Source: Thermoproteota archaeon
GTDB lineage: Archaea > Korarchaeota > Korarchaeia > Korarchaeales > Korarchaeaceae
Assembly (NCBI GenBank): GCA_015522685.1
Contig: WALU01000063.1
Span: forward strand, 1 to 31,952
DNA length: 31,952 nt
Reading direction: 5' to 3'
The position numbers and the translations under genes were made by a program. Below, in pieces: positions 9,507 through 18,059 of the stretch. Below the pieces are notes generated by a model. That model was not told where the DNA came from. It searched no databases and was given only the letters and a program-made list of their open reading frames with translations. Numbering within the stretch: position 1 is the first letter of the stretch; each line of letters starts with the position of its first letter.

Positions 9507-10847
9507 ATGAGCAGCAATATACCCAAAATTGTGGTCACACCTCCTGGCCCTAAAGCTAGGGAAATCCTAGAGAGGGATTCTAAGGTTATTTCTCCCTCAT
9601 ATGTTCGATTTTACCCGCTAGTTGTGGAGAGAGGGCAGGGATCTTTTATCTATGATGTTGATGGTAATGTGTATATAGATTTGAACTCAGGCTTAGGGGT
9701 CCTCAATGTAGGTCATTGCCATCCTGAAGTAGTTAAGGCCATAAAGGAACAGGCAGAGAAGCTCCTGCATTACTCTAACACGGATTTTTACTACGAAGAG
9801 TCAGTTAAGTTTGCTGAGAAGCTCGTATCGATAGCTCCTGGAAGCTTCGATAAGAGAGTTTTCTTCTCCAATAGTGGGACTGAATCTGTTGAGGCTGCGA
9901 TAAAGCTCGCTAGATGGCGTACCAAGAGACAGTACATAATAGGATTCATAGGAGCATTTCACGGCAGAACTTACGGATCTATGAGTATAACCTCGAGTAA
10001 GCCCGTGCAAAGGGCCGGTTTCTCGCCACTTGTACCTGGCATAGTGCATGTGCCATATCCTTACCCGTATAGATGCCCCTTCGGAGCTTCGCCAGATGAG
10101 CCCGAGGAGTGCGCGAACAGGACGATAGAATTCATAGATGAATGGGTGCTCCGCAAATTCGTTCCACCTGAGGAGGTAGCAGCCATAATTTTTGAGCCTG
10201 TTCAGGGAGAGGGTGGCTACATATTGCCTCCGAAAAACTTCATTCCAGAGCTGAGGAAGCTAGCTGACGAGCATGGAATCCTGCTCATAGATGATGAAGT
10301 ACAAGCTGGAATGGGTAGAACAGGCAAATGGTGGGCTATCCAACACTTTGGGGTTGATCCAGATATACTCACGAGCGCCAAAGCTCTTGGAGGAGGACTT
10401 CCAGTAGGTGCAACTATAGCGAAGGCGGATGTTATGACTTGGCCAGGTGGATCACACGCATCCACGTTCGGTGGCAATCCAGTATCTTGCGCCTCTGGCC
10501 TAGCTACAATAAATGTCATAGAACAGGATAGATTAGTTGAGAGAGCAGCAGAGCTAGGGGAGAAAGTAAAGAAGGTTCTAAATGAATGGAAAGATCACTA
10601 CGAAATAGTTGGTGATGTTAGGGGCTTAGGGCTCATGATAGGAATGGAGATAGTGAGAGATAAAGTTAGCAAGAAGAAGGCACCCGACCTAACTCGTGAG
10701 ATAATGATAAGGTCTTGGAAATCTGGAGTAGCTGTCATAACAGCAGGAGTTAACGTAATAAGAATATTTCCGCCTCTTAACATAGAAGAGGAGTATCTAT
10801 TCAAAGCTCTCGATATAATAAGGAGTAAAATAAGGGAATTATCCTAA
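9507..10847 (+). CDS. class III PLP-dependent aminotransferase (4-aminobutyrate/ornithine aminotransferase-like)
   Basis: YDVDGNVYID, SGTES, FHGRT, FEPVQGEGG, DEVQAGMGRTG, PLP lysine in SAKALGGG and STFGGN. The GEGG motif (not GDAG/GDGG) favours a transaminase over a racemase. Likely start ATG 9507, with a TATA-like TTTTTAA about 35 nt upstream. Confidence 0.9.
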   Translation: MSSNIPKIVVTPPGPKAREILERDSKVISPSYVRFYPLVVERGQGSFIYDVDGNVYIDLNSGLGVLNVGHCHPEVVKAIKEQAEKLLHYSNTDFYYEESVKFAEKLVSIAPGSFDKRVFFSNSGTESVEAAIKLARWRTKRQYIIGFIGAFHGRTYGSMSITSSKPVQRAGFSPLVPGIVHVPYPYPYRCPFGASPDEPEECANRTIEFIDEWVLRKFVPPEEVAAIIFEPVQGEGGYILPPKNFIPELRKLADEHGILLIDDEVQAGMGRTGKWWAIQHFGVDPDILTSAKALGGGLPVGATIAKADVMTWPGGSHASTFGGNPVSCASGLATINVIEQDRLVERAAELGEKVKKVLNEWKDHYEIVGDVRGLGLMIGMEIVRDKVSKKKAPDLTREIMIRSWKSGVAVITAGVNVIRIFPPLNIEEEYLFKALDIIRSKIRELS

Positions 10848-10851
10848 TTAC

Positions 10852-11334
10852 CTATTCATTTTTCCTTTTTAGCACAGTACTCTCCCCATCTGAGCTTAAA
10901 AGTTCCTCTAATATATCCTTAAACTCCCCCTTCTCTCTAGGGATATCATATTCTATACACATAAGGTTAGCAGCATCTGCATACTTTTCCTGTACTTTTA
11001 CATCAGATCTGCAGTATATCCTCTTTTTCCTAGCTTGATAACATATTTCACACACAAGAAGGGAGAGATCCTTCCTTGTCAAGTCCTTATTTGCTAACCC
11101 AGTGGCAATCCGATCTATTATCTTCATTATATCTCTATCTTCTTTCAGGTCTATCATATTTCCCCTAGCTCCCCTTAAGTACTGACTTACTGCTGCTTGA
11201 GTCACTCCAAGCATCTTAGCTACCTCTATTTGCCTCAATTTGTACCTATTTACCAGCTCTTTAGCTACAAGAGCTCTCACACATGGTATAAGAGTCCTCA
11301 CAACAAGCTCGCATGGCTGTATCGTTTCCCCCAC
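10852..11334 (-). CDS. HTH transcriptional regulator (COG2522-like, Cys-containing)
   Basis: PCE...P.VRALVAKEL...QIEVAKMLGVTQAAVSQYLRGARG pattern; C-terminal CEIC...C...C possible metal site; GTG start about 25 nt after a TATA (TTATATAAA, minus strand ~11355-11363). Confidence 0.85.
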   Translation of the reverse strand: MGETIQPCELVVRTLIPCVRALVAKELVNRYKLRQIEVAKMLGVTQAAVSQYLRGARGNMIDLKEDRDIMKIIDRIATGLANKDLTRKDLSLLVCEICYQARKKRIYCRSDVKVQEKYADAANLMCIEYDIPREKGEFKDILEELLSSDGESTVLKRKNE

Positions 11335-11430
11335 CTTACTATACTACACATCCCTTTATATAACAATTTTTCCTAATTCCTTTCATTTGATCATTCTCTT
11401 TTTGGTGGATTGCTATATTAGAGCGTTATA

Positions 11431-12552
11431 TCAAGCTTTGCCACCGGACTCCGATGATATTACAACCTTGCCGCTCTTCTCAAGATCCCTGATCATCTGG
11501 GGCATGACCGCCCAAGTACTGTGAACAACAACCTCAGCCCAATCTGAGTTTATTAGTTCCTTGGATAGGCTGAACATGAGCAGCTTATCGAATTCCTCCT
11601 CCTCAGCCAACTTTCTCTCATCGCTCAGCAATTCTATTGCTCTAGCGGCTACTAGAGAGTCATCCAGCCTGTCAGCAAGTCTCTTTTTACTTAAGGGATC
11701 GGCAGGCATCCTAGCACTTCTCACCAACTCGCTATCTACTTCTCTAACTACTGATGAAGCATTATTAGATAACTTGGCCTCTACTTCCCTCAGGGCAAAC
11801 CTTTCATCGTCTATTGGAAGCTCTTTAGCTACTATCTCTGCTTCTTTATCGAGAAGATCTTGAATATCTGCTCTTCTTACATCTATGTAATCTAATGCCT
11901 CTATCTTAACCTCATTAAAGGCCTTCCATCTGAGTAAATCGATCGGTTCCTCTGGTACTATCTCATCCGGGTCATAATCCACTCCCTCTTCAGCCATAAT
12001 AGCGTCTAGTATCTCGTCCATATCAAAGAATACTTTAGCTTCCCTTATAGCCGCTGCTGGATCATCCGCAGCATGTATTATATTGAGAACTCTGTTAGTT
12101 CCCTTGAGATCATACCTAATGTTCCCAGGTTTTCCAGCATCAGGTGTCGTTGGACCTATTATATCCCTAAGTTTTCCACTTAAATGATCGAAATCTCCCG
12201 GATCCCCAACCAATATCATAGGTATTACTGGAGCTTGGCTGAATACCTTGGGCATTATCCACCAAGAATCAAAGTACTTTTGTTTGACAAACATATAGAG
12301 TTCATCTATGAGGGCTTCATCCATCTCGGTTACCTTCATGGCTACCGGGATGAGTCCCGAATCTTTCAGACTCCTTATAACTTCCGGAGCTAATCCCCTC
12401 ACGAAAGCATCTGGTTTTATCATGGCAAAGGTCATCTTAGGAAGAGAGCTTATGTGCTCTTCATCAGCCTCAGAGAGGAACTCTTCCTTTAGCTCTGCAA
12501 ATACAGGCTCCTCTACCTTATCTTCTCTGCTGAAGTAAGAAAGAGGGTCCAT
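11431..12552 (-). CDS. ndk: nucleoside diphosphate kinase domain protein with long acidic C-terminal extension
   Basis: TFAMIKPDA, LRDIIGPTTP, PGNIR and LNIIHAAD (catalytic His) followed by AIRE. 373 aa versus about 150 aa for a canonical NDK. Confidence 0.8.
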   Translation of the reverse strand: MDPLSYFSREDKVEEPVFAELKEEFLSEADEEHISSLPKMTFAMIKPDAFVRGLAPEVIRSLKDSGLIPVAMKVTEMDEALIDELYMFVKQKYFDSWWIMPKVFSQAPVIPMILVGDPGDFDHLSGKLRDIIGPTTPDAGKPGNIRYDLKGTNRVLNIIHAADDPAAAIREAKVFFDMDEILDAIMAEEGVDYDPDEIVPEEPIDLLRWKAFNEVKIEALDYIDVRRADIQDLLDKEAEIVAKELPIDDERFALREVEAKLSNNASSVVREVDSELVRSARMPADPLSKKRLADRLDDSLVAARAIELLSDERKLAEEEEFDKLLMFSLSKELINSDWAEVVVHSTWAVMPQMIRDLEKSGKVVISSESGGKA

Positions 12553-12560
12553 AGATCATA

Positions 12561-14591
12561 TCACCTCCCCCTCACTTTGAATATGGCAACCTCTGCATAG
12601 CCATTATTCTTACCAACGTGCACCAAGTCAAAGTAATGAAGTCTAACCCCTCCTATTGCACTCAATGCCATCTTAAACAGGGTTGTATTCATGGTATAAT
12701 CTGTAGGAACAGATCTGCCCGTTGTTCTATCATAGACAAAGAACTTCCTTAAATCTTGGACGAACCACTTCCTGGCCTCATCAGGTCTATAGGGACTATG
12801 CTGAAATTCGCCAGCTATCCAGGCCATTGCAACCCACTTGCCCCCACCGCTAAACTGACCAACCTCCGATGGTATATCCACAACGACATATGTAGCATTG
12901 AACTCACTTGCCAAGTTGAGCATCCTCTCCTCAGGTCCCATGAATGCCCTAGCGATGAGCCTTATCTGAGTCGAATTTATCGTCAGTCCATCTGCCATTG
13001 TTATTTTTCCTGCGCCTGTCTGCATCCAATAGCCATAGTCCCACCAAGATATCACAGCCTCGTCAGGTTTTGTATTATCCTTGAGCCAAGCTAGGGCATC
13101 CTGCCAGCCTTTAGTGAACCCTAGAGGGTAAGAGAGGGCTTCTTGATAAGTAAGGACATACTGCGATTGTCCCATACCATAGCTCCTTATGTGACCTTGG
13201 AAGGCCACAGGTAGAACGATGAATATTATCATGAGTAGTATAGGCACTTTAAGTATGCTTATCTTCTTACTCAAAGGTAAGGTGATGCCTCTTCTTCTCC
13301 TAGCCCTCTCCAAGGATCTCATTCTCTTCATGAAAGGCTCTGAGAATATAACTATCCTGTAGGTGAAGAAGCCAGAAACTAGAGCGACAAAAGGAGCTGC
13401 TAAAGGCGGCAGCCTAACTATACTAGTGGCAAAGTAAAGCGAGATAAGGGTCATCAAAGAGAGGAGCAATTCATCATCATTCCTCCACCTCTCTATCAGG
13501 AGGAAGAAGAGGCCCAGTGAAGCTGGGATGAGCAGCGTAGTTAGCGTTTGTACTGTAGCTCCTCCTCCATGCTCAGCAACCGTCTCGACGACGTTACTCC
13601 TCGGTAGCTTTGCCGAAGGTATTAGAACTCTCATAAACCTTCCTGTGAGAGGTTGGTATATACCTAAGGCAAAGAAAGTGAGTAGAAGAGCTAACCCTAC
13701 AGCTATGGAGATTTCTCTTCTTCTAATAGAAATTTTTTCTACTTTTATCCTAGGCATAACGACGTAAATAAGTGCTGCTAAGAGGGATGACCATACAAGA
13801 GTGCTCTCTACGCTTATATACAATTTCCTATAGGCTAGGTTGCTCAGAGCTCCAAATGATGCTAAAAGGACGTAGAGAGGAGGAAGACCTAAAGCAAGCG
13901 TCTCTTTCCAATTCAGTCTATTGAGTAGTATCAGAATAACAAGCATCAAGGCATAGCCATCATAGAGGGCCCCAAACCCAGCCCATACTCCAGCTGAATA
14001 TATGAGAAAGAGGCCGCTCAGCCCAGAATATGCTAGAATCTTCCATTCTTCATCACTTCTCATTCCCTTTATTGTGAAATAGAAAGAAGTTATAAGAAGG
14101 GGTATGGCGAACTGTTCGTGCCTATACCAGCCAGCTAGAGACCTATTTATATATGCCCAAGAGAGAGATATTGCTATAGCTGATGTTATGGCAGCAGATC
14201 TTCCCCATAACTCCTTAGCTATTAGATAGAGAGGGATCACTATTAGAGGAGCGAAGAAAACTGGTATGTAAACAACTACAGTATAGAGATCCTTGAAGCC
14301 GAGAAGCGATACTATCTTGTATATGACAGCTCCAGTGTAATAGTGGAGAACTGGAAGGACTTGTGATGGATTGTAGCTCCATGGATGCCAAGCTAGGGGA
14401 TCAAAGCTCGGTAAATGCCCAGTCTTCACTAAAAAAGCTGTAATTCTGTAATGGAGAAGAGGATCGTCGGCTGTTAAGTGGGCACCGTATTTGAAAGTTG
14501 GGAGGATCCTTATAACTACACCGATGATATAACTAATGGCAATGACCAGTGCATCGAGCAGCTTGACCTTTATTCCACTATCTTTGGGCAA
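12561..14591 (-). CDS. aglB: oligosaccharyltransferase AglB/STT3
   Basis: Many TM helices, ADDP, RSLAGWYRHE, TVAE (TIxE/SVSE equivalent) and WWDYG motifs. Likely start TTG 14591 with SD GGTGA rather than 14657. Confidence 0.93.
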   Translation of the reverse strand: MPKDSGIKVKLLDALVIAISYIIGVVIRILPTFKYGAHLTADDPLLHYRITAFLVKTGHLPSFDPLAWHPWSYNPSQVLPVLHYYTGAVIYKIVSLLGFKDLYTVVVYIPVFFAPLIVIPLYLIAKELWGRSAAITSAIAISLSWAYINRSLAGWYRHEQFAIPLLITSFYFTIKGMRSDEEWKILAYSGLSGLFLIYSAGVWAGFGALYDGYALMLVILILLNRLNWKETLALGLPPLYVLLASFGALSNLAYRKLYISVESTLVWSSLLAALIYVVMPRIKVEKISIRRREISIAVGLALLLTFFALGIYQPLTGRFMRVLIPSAKLPRSNVVETVAEHGGGATVQTLTTLLIPASLGLFFLLIERWRNDDELLLSLMTLISLYFATSIVRLPPLAAPFVALVSGFFTYRIVIFSEPFMKRMRSLERARRRRGITLPLSKKISILKVPILLMIIFIVLPVAFQGHIRSYGMGQSQYVLTYQEALSYPLGFTKGWQDALAWLKDNTKPDEAVISWWDYGYWMQTGAGKITMADGLTINSTQIRLIARAFMGPEERMLNLASEFNATYVVVDIPSEVGQFSGGGKWVAMAWIAGEFQHSPYRPDEARKWFVQDLRKFFVYDRTTGRSVPTDYTMNTTLFKMALSAIGGVRLHYFDLVHVGKNNGYAEVAIFKVRGR

Positions 14592-14684
14592 ATTAGCTTC
14601 ACCTTCAGGGATGCATCTGTTCCTCTTATAAAAATTGATCGAGCTGAGGAGCATCACTGTTATAAGAACAGGCCAGCTGAGAGG

Positions 14685-15557
14685 ATGATGGCAAGGGAAT
14701 TTCCCTCTCCAAATCCTAAACTTGTATTGGTAATCGGAGTTTCAGCGGTTTCAACAGCTAGCATATTAGTGAGGTTTAGCAGTAGTAATCCTCTTATAAT
14801 AGCTGGCTATAGGATGGCACTCGCATCCATACTAATGTTTTCTCTAGCGATTAGTTCGTTTCATCAACTTAATGGCCTCTCAAAGAGGGATATACTGGCG
14901 CTGTTTGGATCGGGCCTCAGCCTAGCGATACATTTCGGGTCATGGACTGCTAGCTTAGGTTACACATCGGTGGCTGCAAGCACTGTCATAGTAGATTCAT
15001 CTCCTATATTCGTCATTATCCTCTCCTACCTGCTTTTAGGAGAGGAAGTAAATTCAAGAGAGATATTAGGGATATTTATTTCATTACTAGGGGCTTTTAT
15101 AATTGCTTTTGGTCATTTATCTACTGGTAGCATCTTCGGAGATTTGCTTGCCCTCATAGGTTCCATCTTCCTAGCAACATATCTCATTGCTGGAAGAGAT
15201 CTAAGGGCTAAGTTAGATCTAGCTCCATATACTACATTCGTTTATGGCATAGCAGGGATACTTCTCTTACTCTCAGCCTCGCTATGTGGGATCCCCCTCT
15301 CTGGATATACGATAAAGGAGTGGGGGATATTCCTCGCTCTTGCCCTGGTTCCAAGTGGATTGGGCCACAATTCATATAACTATGCTTTGAAATATCTGAA
15401 AGCATCTACTGTCAGCGTATCTATACTTGGAGAACCAGTAGGGGCTTCAATATTGGCAGCAATACTCCTCTCTGAAGTTCCTTCACTCACTACAATTTTA
15501 GGGGGCGCTTTGGTGATTATTGGGATCTATATAACAGTCTCCTCTAGATCTAGTTAG
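14685..15557 (+). CDS. EamA/DMT family transporter
   Basis: About 10 TMs in two repeats; STASILVR, AIHFGSW...SL.YTSVA, GDLLAL and LGEPVGA motifs. Start ATG 14685/14688; the ORF-track 5' extension overlaps aglB. Confidence 0.9.
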   Translation: MMAREFPSPNPKLVLVIGVSAVSTASILVRFSSSNPLIIAGYRMALASILMFSLAISSFHQLNGLSKRDILALFGSGLSLAIHFGSWTASLGYTSVAASTVIVDSSPIFVIILSYLLLGEEVNSREILGIFISLLGAFIIAFGHLSTGSIFGDLLALIGSIFLATYLIAGRDLRAKLDLAPYTTFVYGIAGILLLLSASLCGIPLSGYTIKEWGIFLALALVPSGLGHNSYNYALKYLKASTVSVSILGEPVGASILAAILLSEVPSLTTILGGALVIIGIYITVSSRSS

Positions 15558-15616
15558 CGCTTTCACATGTTAGGATAGGTAATCAATAATATTCTTAGAG
15601 AGAGTCAATATAAAGC

Positions 15617-16420
15617 ATGAAGATAAATGCAGTCATACTAGCGGGGGGATTAAGTGAGAGGTTTGGAAGCAATAAGCTACTCTATAAGGTAGGAGGAGAG
15701 GAGATAATAAAAAGGGTAGCAAAAGCTGTTAAGGATATTGCGGATAATGCAGTTTTATCAGTTAGAAATGAGAGTATAGGGAAAATCCTCTCAAAGCTGA
15801 CTGGATTGAGCTATATAGTGGACTCTGAATTACCATGCTCAGGTCCCATTAGAGGAATCTTATCAACGGTGAAAGAAGGAAACACGCTCATTATACCGGC
15901 AGATCTACCTTGGATTGATGGAAGGACTCTCTCTTCCTTCGTCGAATCATGCATTGAATTGGGCAAATCCCAAATATGTAGTTTAATTTGGTCATCAAGA
16001 GGTGGTAGAATTTTGGATTCCATGACAGCCTTGATAGGCTCAATCGAGCATCTCAGCTATGTTAGGAGATCTTGCTCTCTGAAGAAAACTAGAGTAACTG
16101 ACTTACATAGGGCAGCAAACTCTCTTCTTCTAATCTCTGCTGGCATCCTACCTGAACCTTGGAGGATGCTTGATGTTGACACACCTGAAGACTTATCTAG
16201 AGTCGAGGGAGAATGGTTAAAAGAAGCTCTTGTAATAAGACAAATAGCCTTAAATAATCCCTATAGAGGAGGAATAAAAATGCTTGAGACTAGAAATTTA
16301 AAAAAAGCCAAGGAGATGTTTAAGCTAGAGCTCTCAATCTATAATAGTATAGAGAACCTCAAGGCCCATGTGATCAAGGATATAAGCTTTATTGGTGGTA
16401 ATAATGGATCTAATTATTGA
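15617..16420 (+). CDS. mobA: molybdenum cofactor guanylyltransferase MobA-like NTP transferase, with C-terminal helical extension
   Basis: ILAGGLSERFGSNKLL, GPIRGI, PADLPW and DVDTPEDL motifs. Confidence 0.8.
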   Translation: MKINAVILAGGLSERFGSNKLLYKVGGEEIIKRVAKAVKDIADNAVLSVRNESIGKILSKLTGLSYIVDSELPCSGPIRGILSTVKEGNTLIIPADLPWIDGRTLSSFVESCIELGKSQICSLIWSSRGGRILDSMTALIGSIEHLSYVRRSCSLKKTRVTDLHRAANSLLLISAGILPEPWRMLDVDTPEDLSRVEGEWLKEALVIRQIALNNPYRGGIKMLETRNLKKAKEMFKLELSIYNSIENLKAHVIKDISFIGGNNGSNY

Positions 16421-17423
16421 GAAAGGGGGAGTTATAGAACCCAGTTCATATGACAAAGTGATATGTAAGGGATCTGCTAGGGCTAAAGGAGACGTAGAAG
16501 CAAAGGAGATGCTATGCAAAGGCATACTTGATGTTCAGGGTAACTTAATTGCTCGCAGGATCGAAGTTAAAGGACTGAGAGCGAGAGAGGTCAGAGCTGA
16601 AGAGCTGAAAACAGGCTTCTTGGATGCTGGAAATGTAATAGCTGCTCACTTAAAGGCGAGAGGGAGGGTAAAGGTAAGCAATCTCCTAAGATTCAATGAT
16701 GGATTAATTGAAGGGTCCGCATCTTGCTTAACCTTGAAAGTGAAGGAGGTGATTGTGAAGGGTAGTCTAAGCGTTATAAAGGCGGATGTAACCGAGATGC
16801 ATGTTAACGGGAGCGTGGAGGTGGAGAAAGGAAGCATAAGATTGGCCGACGTTGGAGGATCCGCTGAGATAGGAGATTGCGAGATAGGAGAAATCAAAGT
16901 AGGGGGGACTCTAAGAATAGCCGGAAATTCGAAGGTAGGAGAAGGAGAGGTCGGTATGGCCAGCATAAGGGGAAGATTAAAAGGGCAGTCTCTGAGGGTA
17001 ATGGAAGTCCTAACAATAGAAGGCTCGGCAGATATAGGGAAACTTTGGGTTGGGGGAATTATTAATGCTAAAGGAAGGTTAATTGCTGAAGAAGCTGATA
17101 TCTGGGGTAAGAGCCTCGGAAAGATAGAAGGAGGAAGTATAATAATCAGAAGAGAGGCTGTAGAGGTAAAAGGAGATACAATAACCCTAATAGGTGCTAA
17201 AGTAGGCAAAGTATATGGGAAAATAGTTAAGATAGATAACTCTGAAGTTGGTGCAGTTGAAGCATCTGAGGTGGAAGTTAAGGGGAGATCCAAGGTCAGT
17301 CAAATAGTAGCTGACAGAGCATATATCATAGAAGGACGTGTAGGCAAGGTTTACTACAAGGAGAAGCTCTTAGCTTCTCCAGAGGCAAAAATAGAGAAAG
17401 CTAAAAAATCCCCAGCTTTATGA
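16404..17423 (+). CDS. bactofilin-like (polymer-forming cytoskeletal, YhbE/YhbF-like) beta-helix protein
   Basis: Continuous imperfect repeats of G-x-[LIV]-x-[VI]-x-G / [AV]-x-x-[LIV]-x-V, rich in G/V/I/E/K. The C-terminus GDTITL...VGKVYYKEKL...AKI resembles the Firmicute BacE/BacF tail. No signal peptide or TM. Confidence 0.65.
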   Translation: MDLIIEKGGVIEPSSYDKVICKGSARAKGDVEAKEMLCKGILDVQGNLIARRIEVKGLRAREVRAEELKTGFLDAGNVIAAHLKARGRVKVSNLLRFNDGLIEGSASCLTLKVKEVIVKGSLSVIKADVTEMHVNGSVEVEKGSIRLADVGGSAEIGDCEIGEIKVGGTLRIAGNSKVGEGEVGMASIRGRLKGQSLRVMEVLTIEGSADIGKLWVGGIINAKGRLIAEEADIWGKSLGKIEGGSIIIRREAVEVKGDTITLIGAKVGKVYGKIVKIDNSEVGAVEASEVEVKGRSKVSQIVADRAYIIEGRVGKVYYKEKLLASPEAKIEKAKKSPAL

Positions 17424-17842
17424 ATTATCTAACTTATCAATAACTTCTTTAAGAAATTTGTTCGATTTTTCGATAGATCTTGCAGTACTCTTTAACTTAT
17501 CCTTTAATTTATTCGTATCCCTCCTCTGAGCCCCAGCGCTACAGATAGTGTGTTGTCAACTTCTTTCTCCTTTAGCTTATTATAAGCCTCCAATATTATA
17601 CTAATCCCCATCTTTCCCTTCAAATTCTTCTTAATCACGTCTTCTGTTCTACCTACATCATCAGCTATCCCGGATAAGGTCATACCAGCCTTATCTCGGC
17701 AAACACGACCAATGCAGTGACTAACTATCTATCTAAGCTAACCTATCTCCTCTGGGTCCCTCAATTGATCTACAGACTTGGAATTGGTAATCACTTCTAT
17801 TAGTGAGGATGTAAATAAGCTATATTCGAGGAACTGGTGGAA
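17418..17842 (-). pseudogene. decayed COG1318-family archaeal HTH transcriptional regulator
   Basis: Stitched translation FHQFLEYSLF...QLRDPEE/RLA*IDS*/TALVVFA/RDKAGMTLSGIADDVGRTEDVIKKNLKGK...ILEAYNKLK/...KLKDKLK...FLKEVIDKLDNS* matches the family pattern DPAERLTWVDSL...AREKAGMT.SEIA.ELGRTE plus a coiled-coil tail. Several frameshifts, 2 in-frame TAG, no start codon. Confidence 0.8.
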
Positions 17843-18042
17843 ATTTTTGCCGCAACTAGACTTGAGGTGGTTGCTTACCTATTGAAGAAATAAGGAGAAC
17901 TATATCTTAGATAGCAAGGGTTGTAGGGAAAGCTGTAGGCTTCATATCGGAGATCCCAAAATACTTGGGTCCAAAGGATAATTTCCTTCTACCTTTTTAT
18001 GAAGGAAAGTCTATAGGTTACTGGCTAGAGAAATCTTACTGA
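17831..18042 (+). pseudogene. decayed winged-helix (ArsR-like) HTH fragment
   Basis: ELVEIFAATRLEVVAYLLKK*GELYL/IARVVGKAVGFISEIPKYLGPK fits the wHTH pattern TRL.I...L....E.Y.R.IAR..G. One stop and one frameshift. Confidence 0.45.
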
Positions 18043-18059
18043 GATTATAGGTGTTCTCT

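Noticed and set aside
14478-14684. Apparent head-to-head overlap of the aglB and EamA ORFs
   Set aside because: Artefact of longest-ORF calling. Starts at 14591 (TTG with SD) and 14685/14688 leave a normal spacer with TATA-like elements.
16646-17293. 215-aa antisense ORF inside the bactofilin-like gene (likewise 24129-24788 and other antisense ORFs)
   Set aside because: Shadow ORFs rich in Ser/Pro/Leu/Thr that arise from codon bias on the coding strand; no motifs.
17700-17740. In-frame TAG codons in pseudogenes as possible stop-codon recoding (pyrrolysine)
   Set aside because: They co-occur with frameshifts and TAA stops, and TAG ends intact genes in this window (e.g. DUF711, aroA).
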